A stretch of 64,000 nucleotides of DNA. It comes from Auanema rhodensis (lineage: Eukaryota > Animalia > Nematoda). Positions 1 to 64,000 of the stretch are shown one piece after another (position 1 is the first letter of the stretch; the number at the start of each line of letters is the position of its first letter). The translations under genes were made by a program, and so were the position numbers. The DNA is taken from positions 8,494,001 through 8,558,000 of the forward strand of contig OZ059897.1 of NCBI GenBank assembly GCA_964057225.1, read 5' to 3'. The notes beneath the pieces were generated by a model. The model had not been told where the DNA came from and did no database searches. It was given only the letters and a program-made list of their open reading frames with translations.

Positions 1-1316
1 GCTATATGTATACCTTATAGATTATTTGTATTTTGAGATCATTAATTACAAGAGAAGAAGAAGAAGAAGAAGAAACAAATTAAACCGACAAAAGAAGCCA
101 AAAGGAAGACACTTGTTGGATCAACGAAACACATTGAGGGAGAGAGAGAGAGAGGGGGGGGGGGGAAGATGAAGAGAGAGTGTGTATGAGGTTGAATGAA
201 TAGATGATGCTCAGGTCAGTAAGGTATGGGAAAAGACATTAGAATGATCATCTATAGTCATCATATAAATAAAAAAAAAAGATGAAATAATAATATTTAT
301 ATAAGAGATACAGGTGTTGCTTATTGTACTATGAGATATGTTTTTGATTGTTTTTATATTTAAGAATACGCCGCCTTTATTACTTTTCATTTTTCTTATA
401 TATTATTCTATTTTTTGGATTTGGAATTACATCAATAATATAAAAGAAATTATCAATTTTCTTATTAATTTAAGCTTAAAATAAGGTTTTTATTTCAATT
501 TTTAACATAAACTCCAGTCTTTTCTTTCTTGTACACAGCTCTTTAGACCCTTCATACTGCTATAACATCCAAAAGCCTTGTTTAGAATGCTTTAGTACCA
601 ACTTTACCCGCTTACAAAGGTGGCAGATGCAATATACGATCATAATAAGCTAATACTTCCCCCTGATCTACAGTAAAATGAGGTTTTCACTTATGCTTTT
701 AAGACTTTGAATTAGATATTAGATTAGAGAAGAAAATTAATTTAGATTAGTTATAATTGGTAATTATGTAAGGACAAGGTGTTATCGGATAGACCTTTAA
801 TCATAAAAGGTTTTGAATCTAAATTACAGGGAAAGAGATTTCCTCTTCTTTTTCCTTTTTTTGTTGTTGAAAGGGAATAGAAGAGACTAAGGAAATAGGT
901 AGCGAGAGAGAGAAAGAGAATGGTATATAGAACTCATGAGGAAACAGAGGCTGACGGAAAGCGGAAAGGCGTCTGATCTGCTATTAGCAAATATGGCGGT
1001 TTCTCTTAGTGTGACCCTAATCAGAGCAAAAATCCGACATGGTAAGTGGTCAATTGGATAGATACACGGTTGTTGGATAGGTGTATTGTCGTCAGAGTTT
1101 AGCCATCAGAAAGATACCGGTCGGTATAGAATAGAGGTTAAGTGACTACCGGCATGAACAAGAGAATCACAACTCAAGATGAGCACGACGACGAAGACGA
1201 TGAAGAAATGAGTCTTCATGAATGAAGTCGATGATATAGTACACATTGGGATAGTATGCCAGCCAGGTTTATACGGAGAGAGAGAGGGAGAGAGAGCGGG
1301 CGGACGAGTTTCATAC

Positions 1317-1397
1317 CTGTGTCGGCTTAAAGCTGCTGAACGTTTGAAGTTTGTGTGATGTCAATGATGAAAATCTACTAAACTGATTGATGTTCAT
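1317..1397 (-). CDS. candidate first exon of a downstream gene running off the left edge (MNINQFSRFSSLTSHKLQTFSSFKPTQ)
   Basis: AG directly before the ATG, 27 open codons, strong CAG|GTATGA donor. No homology recognised. Confidence 0.35.
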
Positions 1398-4300
1398 CTT
1401 TAGGCAAAATTGAAAGATTGAAAAGTGACCAAACGAGAAACATATATTATGGTATAGGTGGTGGTTATCTATATAATCTTTAAACTCATGAATATTGATT
1501 AAATCTTCTTTTAAATTTAAAATAAAATGAATTTCAATATTATTTTCTCATAAAAAAATGAAAAAAATATATATTTAAACAGGTTGACATAGATTGAATG
1601 CTGGATAAGAGTAGCAGGTGAGAAGGAAATGGCGTCATATGTAGCCAACAGATCTTTCCCAAAATCGGTAATTGCTCTCAGGGTATTCTAATACCTTTAT
1701 CGACTTACCTATATTATATCATATAGTTAGTACTTTATTCTAACCGACAATATCAATACTTAACTCAGCTGGATATTGGAAAAAAAAACTTTAATTTCCT
1801 CACTATGCAATTCTTTTGAGTATATTTTGAATTCCCTAGAAAATAGGTTTCCGTTATAGTTAAGATGGAGACGTGGACTTTCAATTGCATGAGATGTGTG
1901 TAAGAGATTCTTTTACTTGAATCTACTTCCTTGAAAATTTGAATATGTAGATGGTTGATAAAGACAACGACGACGACGAAGACGACGAAGTAGAAGATAG
2001 CGAGGATGATGATGATAGACGTGTTACATCTTCTATTACATTCTTAGAAAATATTGATAATTATAAATTTAAAAGAATATTTAATATAGTTTATAGTTCA
2101 AACATCTTTACATTTTATTTCAAAAATAATTTTCTTTTTACTTTTATATTCTAAACATCAATTTTTCAACTTGAAAATGTTTTTTTCTCCTTTTTTTTTC
2201 ACGGAAATTAAAATAAATTGACTTTTTCTCTTTATTTACAGTAAACTGACACTTAAAACTTTAAAGAATTTGAAACTTCCTAAGTGTTTTGAGAATAAGA
2301 CCGACAGTTTATACAGTTTTCATAAAAATGCTTTAAGCTTTATAAGCTATATCATATAGACTGAGGATTAACCTCGTTTTCTCAGATTAAAAGCCACTCC
2401 TTATCTGACTCATTAGTCTTCAATCAAATGAAACTTAGATCTATTATATCTAATGTTTTACACAATATAATATTAAAATAATATTCTATAACTTATACTT
2501 GAATATAACTTGTTTTATTAATTTTTCATATAAATTATCATTTTTCTTTGAAATAAATCAAGAAATACCTGAAGAAAATTTATTAATAAGTGCATTATTA
2601 TATGAATTTTAATAGAATTCTATCAAATGAATTAAGGAATGAATATCATATACTACTCGAACGAAGGCGCTCCCATTAAAGCAAAAATATGTTTGGTAAG
2701 ATTGATCTCCCGTGTGGTCTTTTTCAACATCTAAACAAATTTAAGACAACTTTTTGTCTACAAAAAAATGGTTTTGAATAATTTAAAAAATACAAATACA
2801 AAGTCTATTTGTTTCAGAAAAAGTTTGTTTAGATTCAGCTTGTTGATGAACTTTTAAAAAAAACATTTTACGCGGTCTTTTGGTGATAATTGGCATTTTT
2901 CAACGAAAGGAAAGCTGCTGGCAGATTTGAAAAAAAATGAGGAAAATTGATGAATTAGTGTGTTTGAAGTTGAATCACAAAACTTAAAATCGAGAAGTAG
3001 GTGGGTGTGGTACAAGAGATCATGTTCAATGAAAATCACTTGAAACGAACGAGGTTGCTTGGAAAAACTTGGAAGTTTGCCAATCAAGTCTGGTGGCCAA
3101 GTGAAAATGGCTGATGGAAATGAACTTCTGATACGGCAAGTTTGTGTGATGAGGAACTGAATTTTTGAATATGAAATGAGGTTTGTGCTGAAGATGTTGA
3201 TGAATTTCAAGCTTGTTGAACAACCTTGTTCAATGAAAAGTCATATAAATGAGCATATTTAGAGCCGAAACTCATCAACATCCTAGAGGTTTAGGAAAGA
3301 ATATGGGATAATGAGTAAATAAGAGAGAAACAGAGGGAGGGAGGGAGGGAGAGAGAGAGAGAGAGAAGGGGAGTGGGAGAGAAAGTAAAGACATTGAAGT
3401 TCAAAAGCTTCCAGCTCTGTATGAATTTAGATGACAACATGTCAAACTAGATAATACAGTAAGCTAACCATACGATATTAAATGAAAATTTGAAAAAAAA
3501 ATCAATAAAATCATCAAAGAAAAGACACATAAGGACATATAGTGGTATATGGTATAGCATATAATAATAATAATAATAATAAAGAATATTGGATTTTTAA
3601 AGACAAAAAAAAAGAAATAAAAATCCAAAATATGAATATAATGATTCAAGAGAATATTTCTCAAAATATACAATACTGTATGTGGTAACATTGAGGTGAA
3701 TTAATATAGAAATATAAGATGACATATGAGGTTAAACAACAAAAGTTTCTAATTGATATCTAAAGATGAAGAAGATACACCAAACGTCTTCGATATCATA
3801 TAGTATATAATACATACAATATTAATAGGCAATTATGTATTTGTTTGTTTGTTTTTTTGAAAAAAAAAGGTTTTTGGTTGGAAAAATTAGAAAAAAATCA
3901 GAAAAAATATACAACAAAACACGAAAATAGAAGTTTGACAATCTTGAAAGTGACAACGAAAACAGCTTGACAGCATGTATGGCAGCTTCAATCAAATAGA
4001 TTTATAAAGAAGAAGATGATGATGATAATGATAATTAGGATGATGATGACGACGACGCAAATGATGATGATGATGATGAGTTTGGAGGACAACGACGACG
4101 TCAAATACAAAAATTAAAAGCAAATATCTGATGAGCTTGACCATATTATGTTGTATATGAACTATCAGACCATTTGCGAGGGCGTATTTGAAATAAAATA
4201 GTTGAGGACAGTTGACTGTTATTGTTGTTTTGAAGAGTACAAGTGCCATGAAAGGAATATTGAAGAAAATAAAGAAATAGTTCTCTTTACTCATGATTGG

Positions 4301-4527
4301 AGAGAGAGAGAGAGAGGGAGAGAGAGAGAAGAGGAGAAAGGGACTAAAAAGCTTTATCGTCGTCTTCTTCTGCTTCTACTTTTGCTCCTGCTTCTTTGGT
4401 TTTCCATTGTTTTTGATTTTATAATGAAGAATTTAGTGAATATAGATAGATTTCAGGAATATGTGAATGAAGATGAAGAGGTAAATGGATTGTGAGGCAC
4501 CTGCATAGCAGTCACAAATGAAGAAGC

Positions 4528-57264
<52,737 letters not shown>

Positions 57265-57782
57265 ATCTGTTTCCGAGCAGTAGAAGAACGGACGGTTTCT
57301 GGAAGTTGGTGAGACCAGTACTGAAATAGATGTCAGTATAGAGCATTCATCTGTTATCTGTATGTTAAGATGTGAGTAGACTGAAGGCAAGACAACATTC
57401 AAATTGGAAAAAATAGTACAAACGACGATGAGGACGACGACAGAAACCTGGCCGAGGTACACGAATTATACATTTCTATTTGGGTATCTATGAACAAATG
57501 ATTTGAAATAAACAAATAATGAAAACGAAACAGACAATGACATCATTAGTCTATTAGAAAAAGAAAAAATAGAGAGAGAGAGACATTCAGGGAGAGAATG
57601 AAAAATTGCTGATTTAGGTGAAGCAAACGATGAAAACGTTAGAAAACAATAGGATTCTGAGGGAGAAAAACAAGAAAACCATCCAAAAAATGGGAAAGAC
57701 TATGGCCTAAAACACACAATCAGTACAAAGAATACTCAAAGATTAAGATGAACTGTATTGTGCTTTTTCATTTTCTCTAGTG

Positions 57783-57801
57783 CTCTCTCTCTCTCTCTAT
57801 C

Positions 57802-57845
<44 letters not shown>
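57783..57845 (+). repeat. (TC)n microsatellite followed by poly-T and (TA)n
   Basis: Seen directly. Confidence 0.97.
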
Positions 57846-57855
<10 letters not shown>

Positions 57856-57882
57856 TAAAAAAATGCTAAATGATTTGTATAC

Positions 57883-57913
<31 letters not shown>

Positions 57914-58522
57914 CTAATCATTTTGTGAAACAACTCAATTTCGAATCATATTTGATTCATCAATCAAAAATACGTCAATACAGACACAGAGAATTGAGGC
58001 AGATAGACCGAAACTTTCAGCTGAGCAATTGAAAGTGTCTATAATCTGGTTAAAGCAGGTAGTTGATTCTATGAAAAAAAATTGATAGCGATAAGACTGC
58101 CGTGAGAAAACAGCTAAATGATATCATGGAAAAGGAAGTAATGAGCCTGATATGTATGAAAGCCAAAAGAAAAGAAGAAGACAAAGAAGAAGAAAAAATG
58201 AAAAAAGACTAAACAAGCTGGAAATATGAAACATGTGTGGGGAGGATGAAGAAAGAGATGGTGAGGCTGCTGGTAAGCGGAGAAAGAACATATTGGATAC
58301 TACGAACTGATCAACAGAAACAACTTTTGCTTAAAAAAATCGAATATGCAATTCAGCGTACCTTTTCGAATATTTGGAAACAGAAAAAAGTTACTTAAAA
58401 GAAAAATATAAGCAAAAGGGCATACAGATTTGAAGAGTAATTCTTCATTATTTCTATGGGTTGAAAAATCAGAAAAGAATCACTTAAAAATTAAAATGAC
58501 GGAAAGTAAAATAAATTGAGAG

Positions 58523-58530
<8 letters not shown>

Positions 58531-58606
<76 letters not shown>
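58531..58606 (+). repeat. (GA)n microsatellite
   Basis: Seen directly. Confidence 0.97.
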
Positions 58607-58608
<2 letters not shown>

Positions 58609-59743
58609 ATATAGCGATGATGACAATGACATACAAAATTTGAGGATGGCTGTTTCATCTACTCTCAGTTTCTTATCTCTCTTCAGTAGTGACAATGTGA
58701 GTGCCATCTATGGGTCCATTAATTCTCAACTTGAACCCAAATTATCATTATTTTCAAAATTGGAAGATGGGCACAGAAGCAAAACTCATATTTCATGTTT
58801 ATAAGAAGAAAAAGAAGAAACAAAAAAATTAATGGGAGAAAGGAAAAGAAGGAGGAGAGAGAGATAGAGTGAGAGAGAGAGCGAGAGAGAGAGAGAGAAT
58901 GAGAGAAAGCTAGCTGAGAAAGAGATTTTTTTTGTTTCAAGGGATACTTAGATAAGCTCATTCTCTCCCAAAACTTTAATGCTAAATACGTTGATGCGGA
59001 AGCAATCAAAAATGCAGACACGGGAATAGAAAGCACCAAACGCCAATCGGAAACAGAGTCTCATTCTCTCCGAAAAAAAAAGTTTATATCAAAAAGTTTA
59101 AAAAATCTGGAAGAATAAGTTTCCGTTTGATGTTACTCTCACAGCGGTTGAAGTGAAACACAAAATGATAACTGAAAATTTGTCAAAAATATAGGATCAA
59201 ATGATTATGAAGATGATGAGTGTATAATCAGCGTAAGTGCAACAACATCATCAGAAGTCGTTGTACTCAACCTGCAGAATGAAAATGACAAGAAGAACTT
59301 CATTCAATATATGCCAGATTATATCTATATATTCTATACAATTATAAACAAAAAATCTAAAATAGAACAAATGGATTTCATAAAGCGATGTGAACATAAG
59401 TTGTTGTAAAAACTGACAGAGAGAATTGAAGTTAAGTAGTAAATCTGCCTCAACTATCAACAATGCATCATTCAAATGACGTAAGAACAAAAGTGATAAC
59501 TATGGTATCAAAACTATATTATTAGTTTTTATATTTTAAAAATTATATTAGTTAATTATATATTTGAATAATTTAGTTAATTCTATTACTAAATGTTGAT
59601 AATAATGTAAATATTGGGAGAGAAAAAACTAAATAAAATAATTGATGTTATAGAAAACAAAGGAATACTTATATAAATATAATTAATAATAAAATTGTTA
59701 ACATTGGTAGATGAATTAGATTATATCTATCTTCTTCACCTAC

Positions 59744-59813
59744 CGGAGGTCCTATGCTGGCTAGAGCTTGAGAGTGGAGGTAGACCTTTCCGACTTGTTG
59801 ATATACGCTTCAT
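59744..59813 (-). CDS. candidate distal alternative first exon (MKRISTSRKGLPPLSSSSQHRTS)
   Basis: In-frame upstream stop, CCG|GTAGGT donor, phase 1 fits 50635; GC-rich patch within AT-rich DNA. Confidence 0.5.
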
Positions 59814-62800
59814 CAGTGTAAAATAATGTTTTAGCACTTAGAAATCTTATTGAAAAAAGTCGAAATAGAATTTTATAGATTAGAATAGAGAATTAACTTT
59901 TAAAAAGTTGAGAAATTGGTATTTCTTAAAGTTGTGATGAAAGATAAAGAGGAGGAGTTTGAACACTGAAAACTTGAGCAGATTAGAGCGAGGTAGACGT
60001 CAGCTGAGCAAGAATAGATAGAAAATACACAATCACACATTCACGTTTTGAACCTCACAAGCATTATAGCTTTCAAAGCTCAATATGATATGATGACTTG
60101 TGGCGCTGTATGTAGATGGTGAGGGAGTAGGAGAATGAAGTCTCGAAAAAAAGGAAAGCATCACGGACAAAGACATCAATAATACCTAAAGCCTCTATTA
60201 TCCTGCTTTGCTCAAAACATTGCAACACAAATAAAGTAATAAAAGATCTTTTCGTCTGATAGATGTTGAACATTTTTGTTAAAACGGGAAAAAAATCTGA
60301 TAATACATATGGTAAAGGAGGCATCATCAACTGATGATATGTACATGAATTTTTAGTAGTTTGATCAGTATAATATCAGTTCATTGCTTGACTTTAAAGT
60401 TTGTATTAAAATGGAAAATATTATAACTACAATCACTATTACAACTCATAATTCAATCGGAATAGAATAAGAAGAAAAGAATGTATAATATAAACATGCA
60501 AACATACATATACCATGCATATGTAATGATATGATGTTGCAAAAAAAATCTTCAAGTCCTAAGAAAACTGAAATTTAACCTAACACGGGGGCATCATGAG
60601 AGAATCAGAAGGGAGGGTTAGAAGATTCTCCTGAATAGACAAAGCTTAACTTCAAAAAAATCTGTTTTTACTCTTTGTAATACTACTCGTTTGCATTACT
60701 AACTAATTATAATTATTCTCTAATTCACATACTTTTGTGTTTTTTTTGTATAACCTCTTCTAAGCTATTGTCGTTTTCAGAGCATAATCCACAACCCAAG
60801 ATGATATAATCAAAATCGGTATGAAAGCAATGTTGAACCTGAAGGCTACATCACTTCTTTCAGGTAGCACACGAGTCACGACCAAGCAGCTCAAATTACA
60901 AAATCCGTCGACACGTATCAAAACACGGATTCATCTAGATGATATGAAAGAGACAAAAGAAAAACAGAAAAATTATGAGGGAAAAAGAGCAGGTTAAGCA
61001 GAGAGATGAAAAAGAAAAAGAGAATTAGACAGACGCAAAATAGAGAGTAACAGTGAAAAGGAGGGAAAGATAAAACTGAAGCTTTAGTTCTTTGACTAGA
61101 AGACAGCTTACTTCCCTCTCATTTCCTATCTGTTAGCTTTTTTTCTTATTCTTCTTCATACCACCCTTCATTCTATCTCTCTTCTCTAACTATCTGTTTC
61201 TTTTTTTTTTCTTCTCTTCATCATCAGCTAACTATTAGGAATAATAATTGAAGTCTGAAGGGCTGTTAGATATCAGTTAGACTTCCAACCATGTCACACA
61301 TAGGATACATTATGATTATTGACTAGAAAACAAATAAATTTCATTCATACATTTTGCCGTATGATCTTTAAAAAAACTGTTCATTAATGAAAAACAGGGG
61401 GAAAACGAACAATGAGATTGACAAGAGTAAATGAAAATGAATTATTTGCTTGAAATCATAAAGAAACTGACAAGATACATGAATAGATGCATCAAAGTTC
61501 TTTCAAATGTAATCAACAGTGATCACAAATCGGCATTAGCCCTGTTAGTGGTCAGATCACTCGAAGATACAAAAAACAAAATCTTAATAGTCATAAGATT
61601 GTGAGTAAAAAGATAATCAGAAGAATAAATGATGAAGACAAAATACTCAAAATTCAATTGTTATAGTTATAATAGTATAGATACAATATGTATAACGATA
61701 CATATATCTATATTATATGATAAACATGATCTGTTTCAAAGAAAAATCTCTTTTCTTCTGTTGATTCCAAGAGAAAAGCAAAAGAAAAATAACAAATTTA
61801 ACATTTCTATTATGATGAAGCTTAGATAAACTTGAAGACTTAGAAAAAAATAATAGAATCAAAGATAAAGGTTCAAAGAATCAACGAATGTAAGTATAAT
61901 TTTAAAAATGAAGCAGAATATGTTGAATATGCTGTAGTAGAGATATCCATATCCATATATACTGGTAAAACTAGTACAAATACATGTAAGGAAGGCAGAG
62001 CAACAACTGCGTTGAGAAGTTGTTAAGCATAAAATGGACGTCTGCCCAAAATGTCTTGAAAAATAATGAAGAAAGACACTGAGCCATGTAAAGCTAAGTT
62101 ATCTCGCTCGAGTTATGAACTTGGACATTCTTGTTGTTGTAGAAAATGCTTATCCAGTCGATGTGATTTCGAAAAAAAAAGAAGGAAAAATGTAAGGATG
62201 AGCAGAGATTGGATATAGAATAACATAAAGTTATAAATAAATAAATACTATGTATATCTCGTATATATATATATATTATATATTATATATATATATATAT
62301 ATAAATAATATAAAAAAAGAAATATATAGATAGATATATGTATATTTACATTATATATTATACATACATGCATATGTAGATATGTGAAGAAAGAAATTAG
62401 CAATCAGATGGATGAATGTGATAATAATCAATATTTTGCAGTTTGGCTTTTATTTTTATTTTTCAAATATGATAAAGCATAAGCTTGTCCTTTAGAAATC
62501 AAATAAAAATACAGTTAGTCCAACAAAAAAAAGAAAAAAAGAAGAAACGATAGATAATTACTATATGAATATTGTAAAATATGCGTCGTCAATGAAATAT
62601 ATAGTATTTGTGTAATATAATACACATTTATATACATATGTATATTAACTATATTATGAAAATTGGTACGATCTAATCATTATAATAAAATATTTTAAAA
62701 AAAAAATTTTTTTTAATTTTTAAAAATACCTTAGAGAGACGAAATGCAGTGAACACCGAGTTGAGATTGAGGGTGCATAAGCTTTGAGACAGAAAAATAT

Positions 62801-63183
62801 GTTGCAAACCAGCCAAGAACATAATGATCTTTATTCAATATTGCGATGTTTGAAGCATTGAGATTGAAAATGAAGCATGTAGTCATGCCCATGTTAGCTT
62901 ATTACACGTGTGGCGTGGTCATCTATTATTGGCTTGCGTAATTCAAAAAATTAGAATGCGTGGATATGCTAATGAGCAAGAAGAAGCTTCTTATAGTATG
63001 ATTACAGTCTATATAAAGGTTAACAATGCATATATAGTATATATATAATGCTATATATATAGAGAGAAAAATAAAAATTTCATGAATATCTCTATAACAT
63101 ATAGAAAATGCTACGTCATAAATCCCCCTAGTTCGCACAGCTTGAAGTCAGTACATGCATCATGTAGATATATCATCTTTCAA

Positions 63184-63191
63184 TGACGTCA
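63184..63191. promoter_or_regulatory. perfect CRE palindrome TGACGTCA
   Basis: Exact match upstream of the most distal candidate first exon; a half site lies near 63114. Confidence 0.35.
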
Positions 63192-63380
63192 TAAACAACA
63201 GTCTATGAAACATATTTTCTTATAAACTATTAGACATATTATAAATTAAAATTAAACAAAAGTATTGATATATTAACATTACTAACTATATTAACTATAA
63301 TATGAAGTAGAAGAAATGTATATAAATGTATATGAATCGTCGATATATACATATACATATGAAAGTTATCACATAAAAAT

Positions 63381-63414
<34 letters not shown>

Positions 63415-63821
63415 AAGATATATATATATGTCAAGAAAAATGAATGTAAATACAAAATAATACAAAAATTATAAAGATTTTCAAAATATTTATATACATA
63501 TATTATCTAGACTAGTTAATACATATACATATAGTATGTATATTATAAGAATGATCATTTCTTTGCTTCAGATTATAAATAAAAAATAAAACGAAAACGA
63601 CTTCTCATGAATAAGATGCTGTCGATGAATACTCTTTTGATAATTAAGGAAGAAAATAATAGGGCATATTACATAATGATATAGTTAAGATAGGTATACT
63701 GTTGCAAATTAACATCTCAATATTTCAAGAAATACATTTAAAAAATATTGCAGAGCAGTCATACAGAGCAATATAATGAATGTTTGAAATAGAAAAAAAT
63801 GAAAAGAATTTGTTAAGAGAG

Positions 63822-63825
<4 letters not shown>

Positions 63826-63874
<49 letters not shown>
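63826..63874 (+). repeat. (GA)n microsatellite
   Basis: Seen directly. Confidence 0.97.
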
Positions 63875-63877
<3 letters not shown>

Positions 63878-64000
63878 AGAGGGAGAGGTAGAGAAAAAAA
63901 ACAAAATAGCTCTACCAAGTTGTTATAATTTCACTAAATACTCTGAAGTTTCAAACAAAAGCTTAAAGATGTATTAGTCGTGAGAAAGTAGAGAGTAGGA

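Noticed and set aside
1951-2154. Acidic ORF MVDKDNDDDED...
   Set aside because: Driven by GAC/GAT triplet repeats running into AT-rich DNA.
3400-4527. pde-3 polyadenylation signal
   Set aside because: Only variant hexamers were seen (e.g. TATAAA at 4001 and 4418 on the minus strand), so the site cannot be assigned.

Overview
Eukaryotic, very AT-rich genomic DNA with nematode-type gene structure (46-80 nt introns, TTTCAG/TTTTAG acceptors). I cannot identify the species. Almost the whole window is one minus-strand gene, a PDE3-family cyclic nucleotide phosphodiesterase (pde-3 orthologue). I assembled by hand a 17-exon, phase-consistent 2193-nt CDS (730 aa) from 57264 down to 4528. A compact catalytic exon cluster lies at 4528-7643, and large introns (14.5 kb and 27.8 kb) lie upstream of it. 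These introns contain a series of phase-compatible candidate alternative first exons, and the last intron holds two candidate alternative terminal exons. The non-coding DNA shows four patterns: strand-polarised (GA)n microsatellites with a minority of inverted (TC)n tracts, ultra-AT-rich islands, a recurrent and often palindromic TATAGTTAA motif, and five perfect CRE palindromes. A possible first exon of a neighbouring minus-strand gene lies at 1317-1397. I recognised no RNA genes, CRISPR arrays or coding transposons. Most ORF-track entries are microsatellite or low-complexity artefacts.
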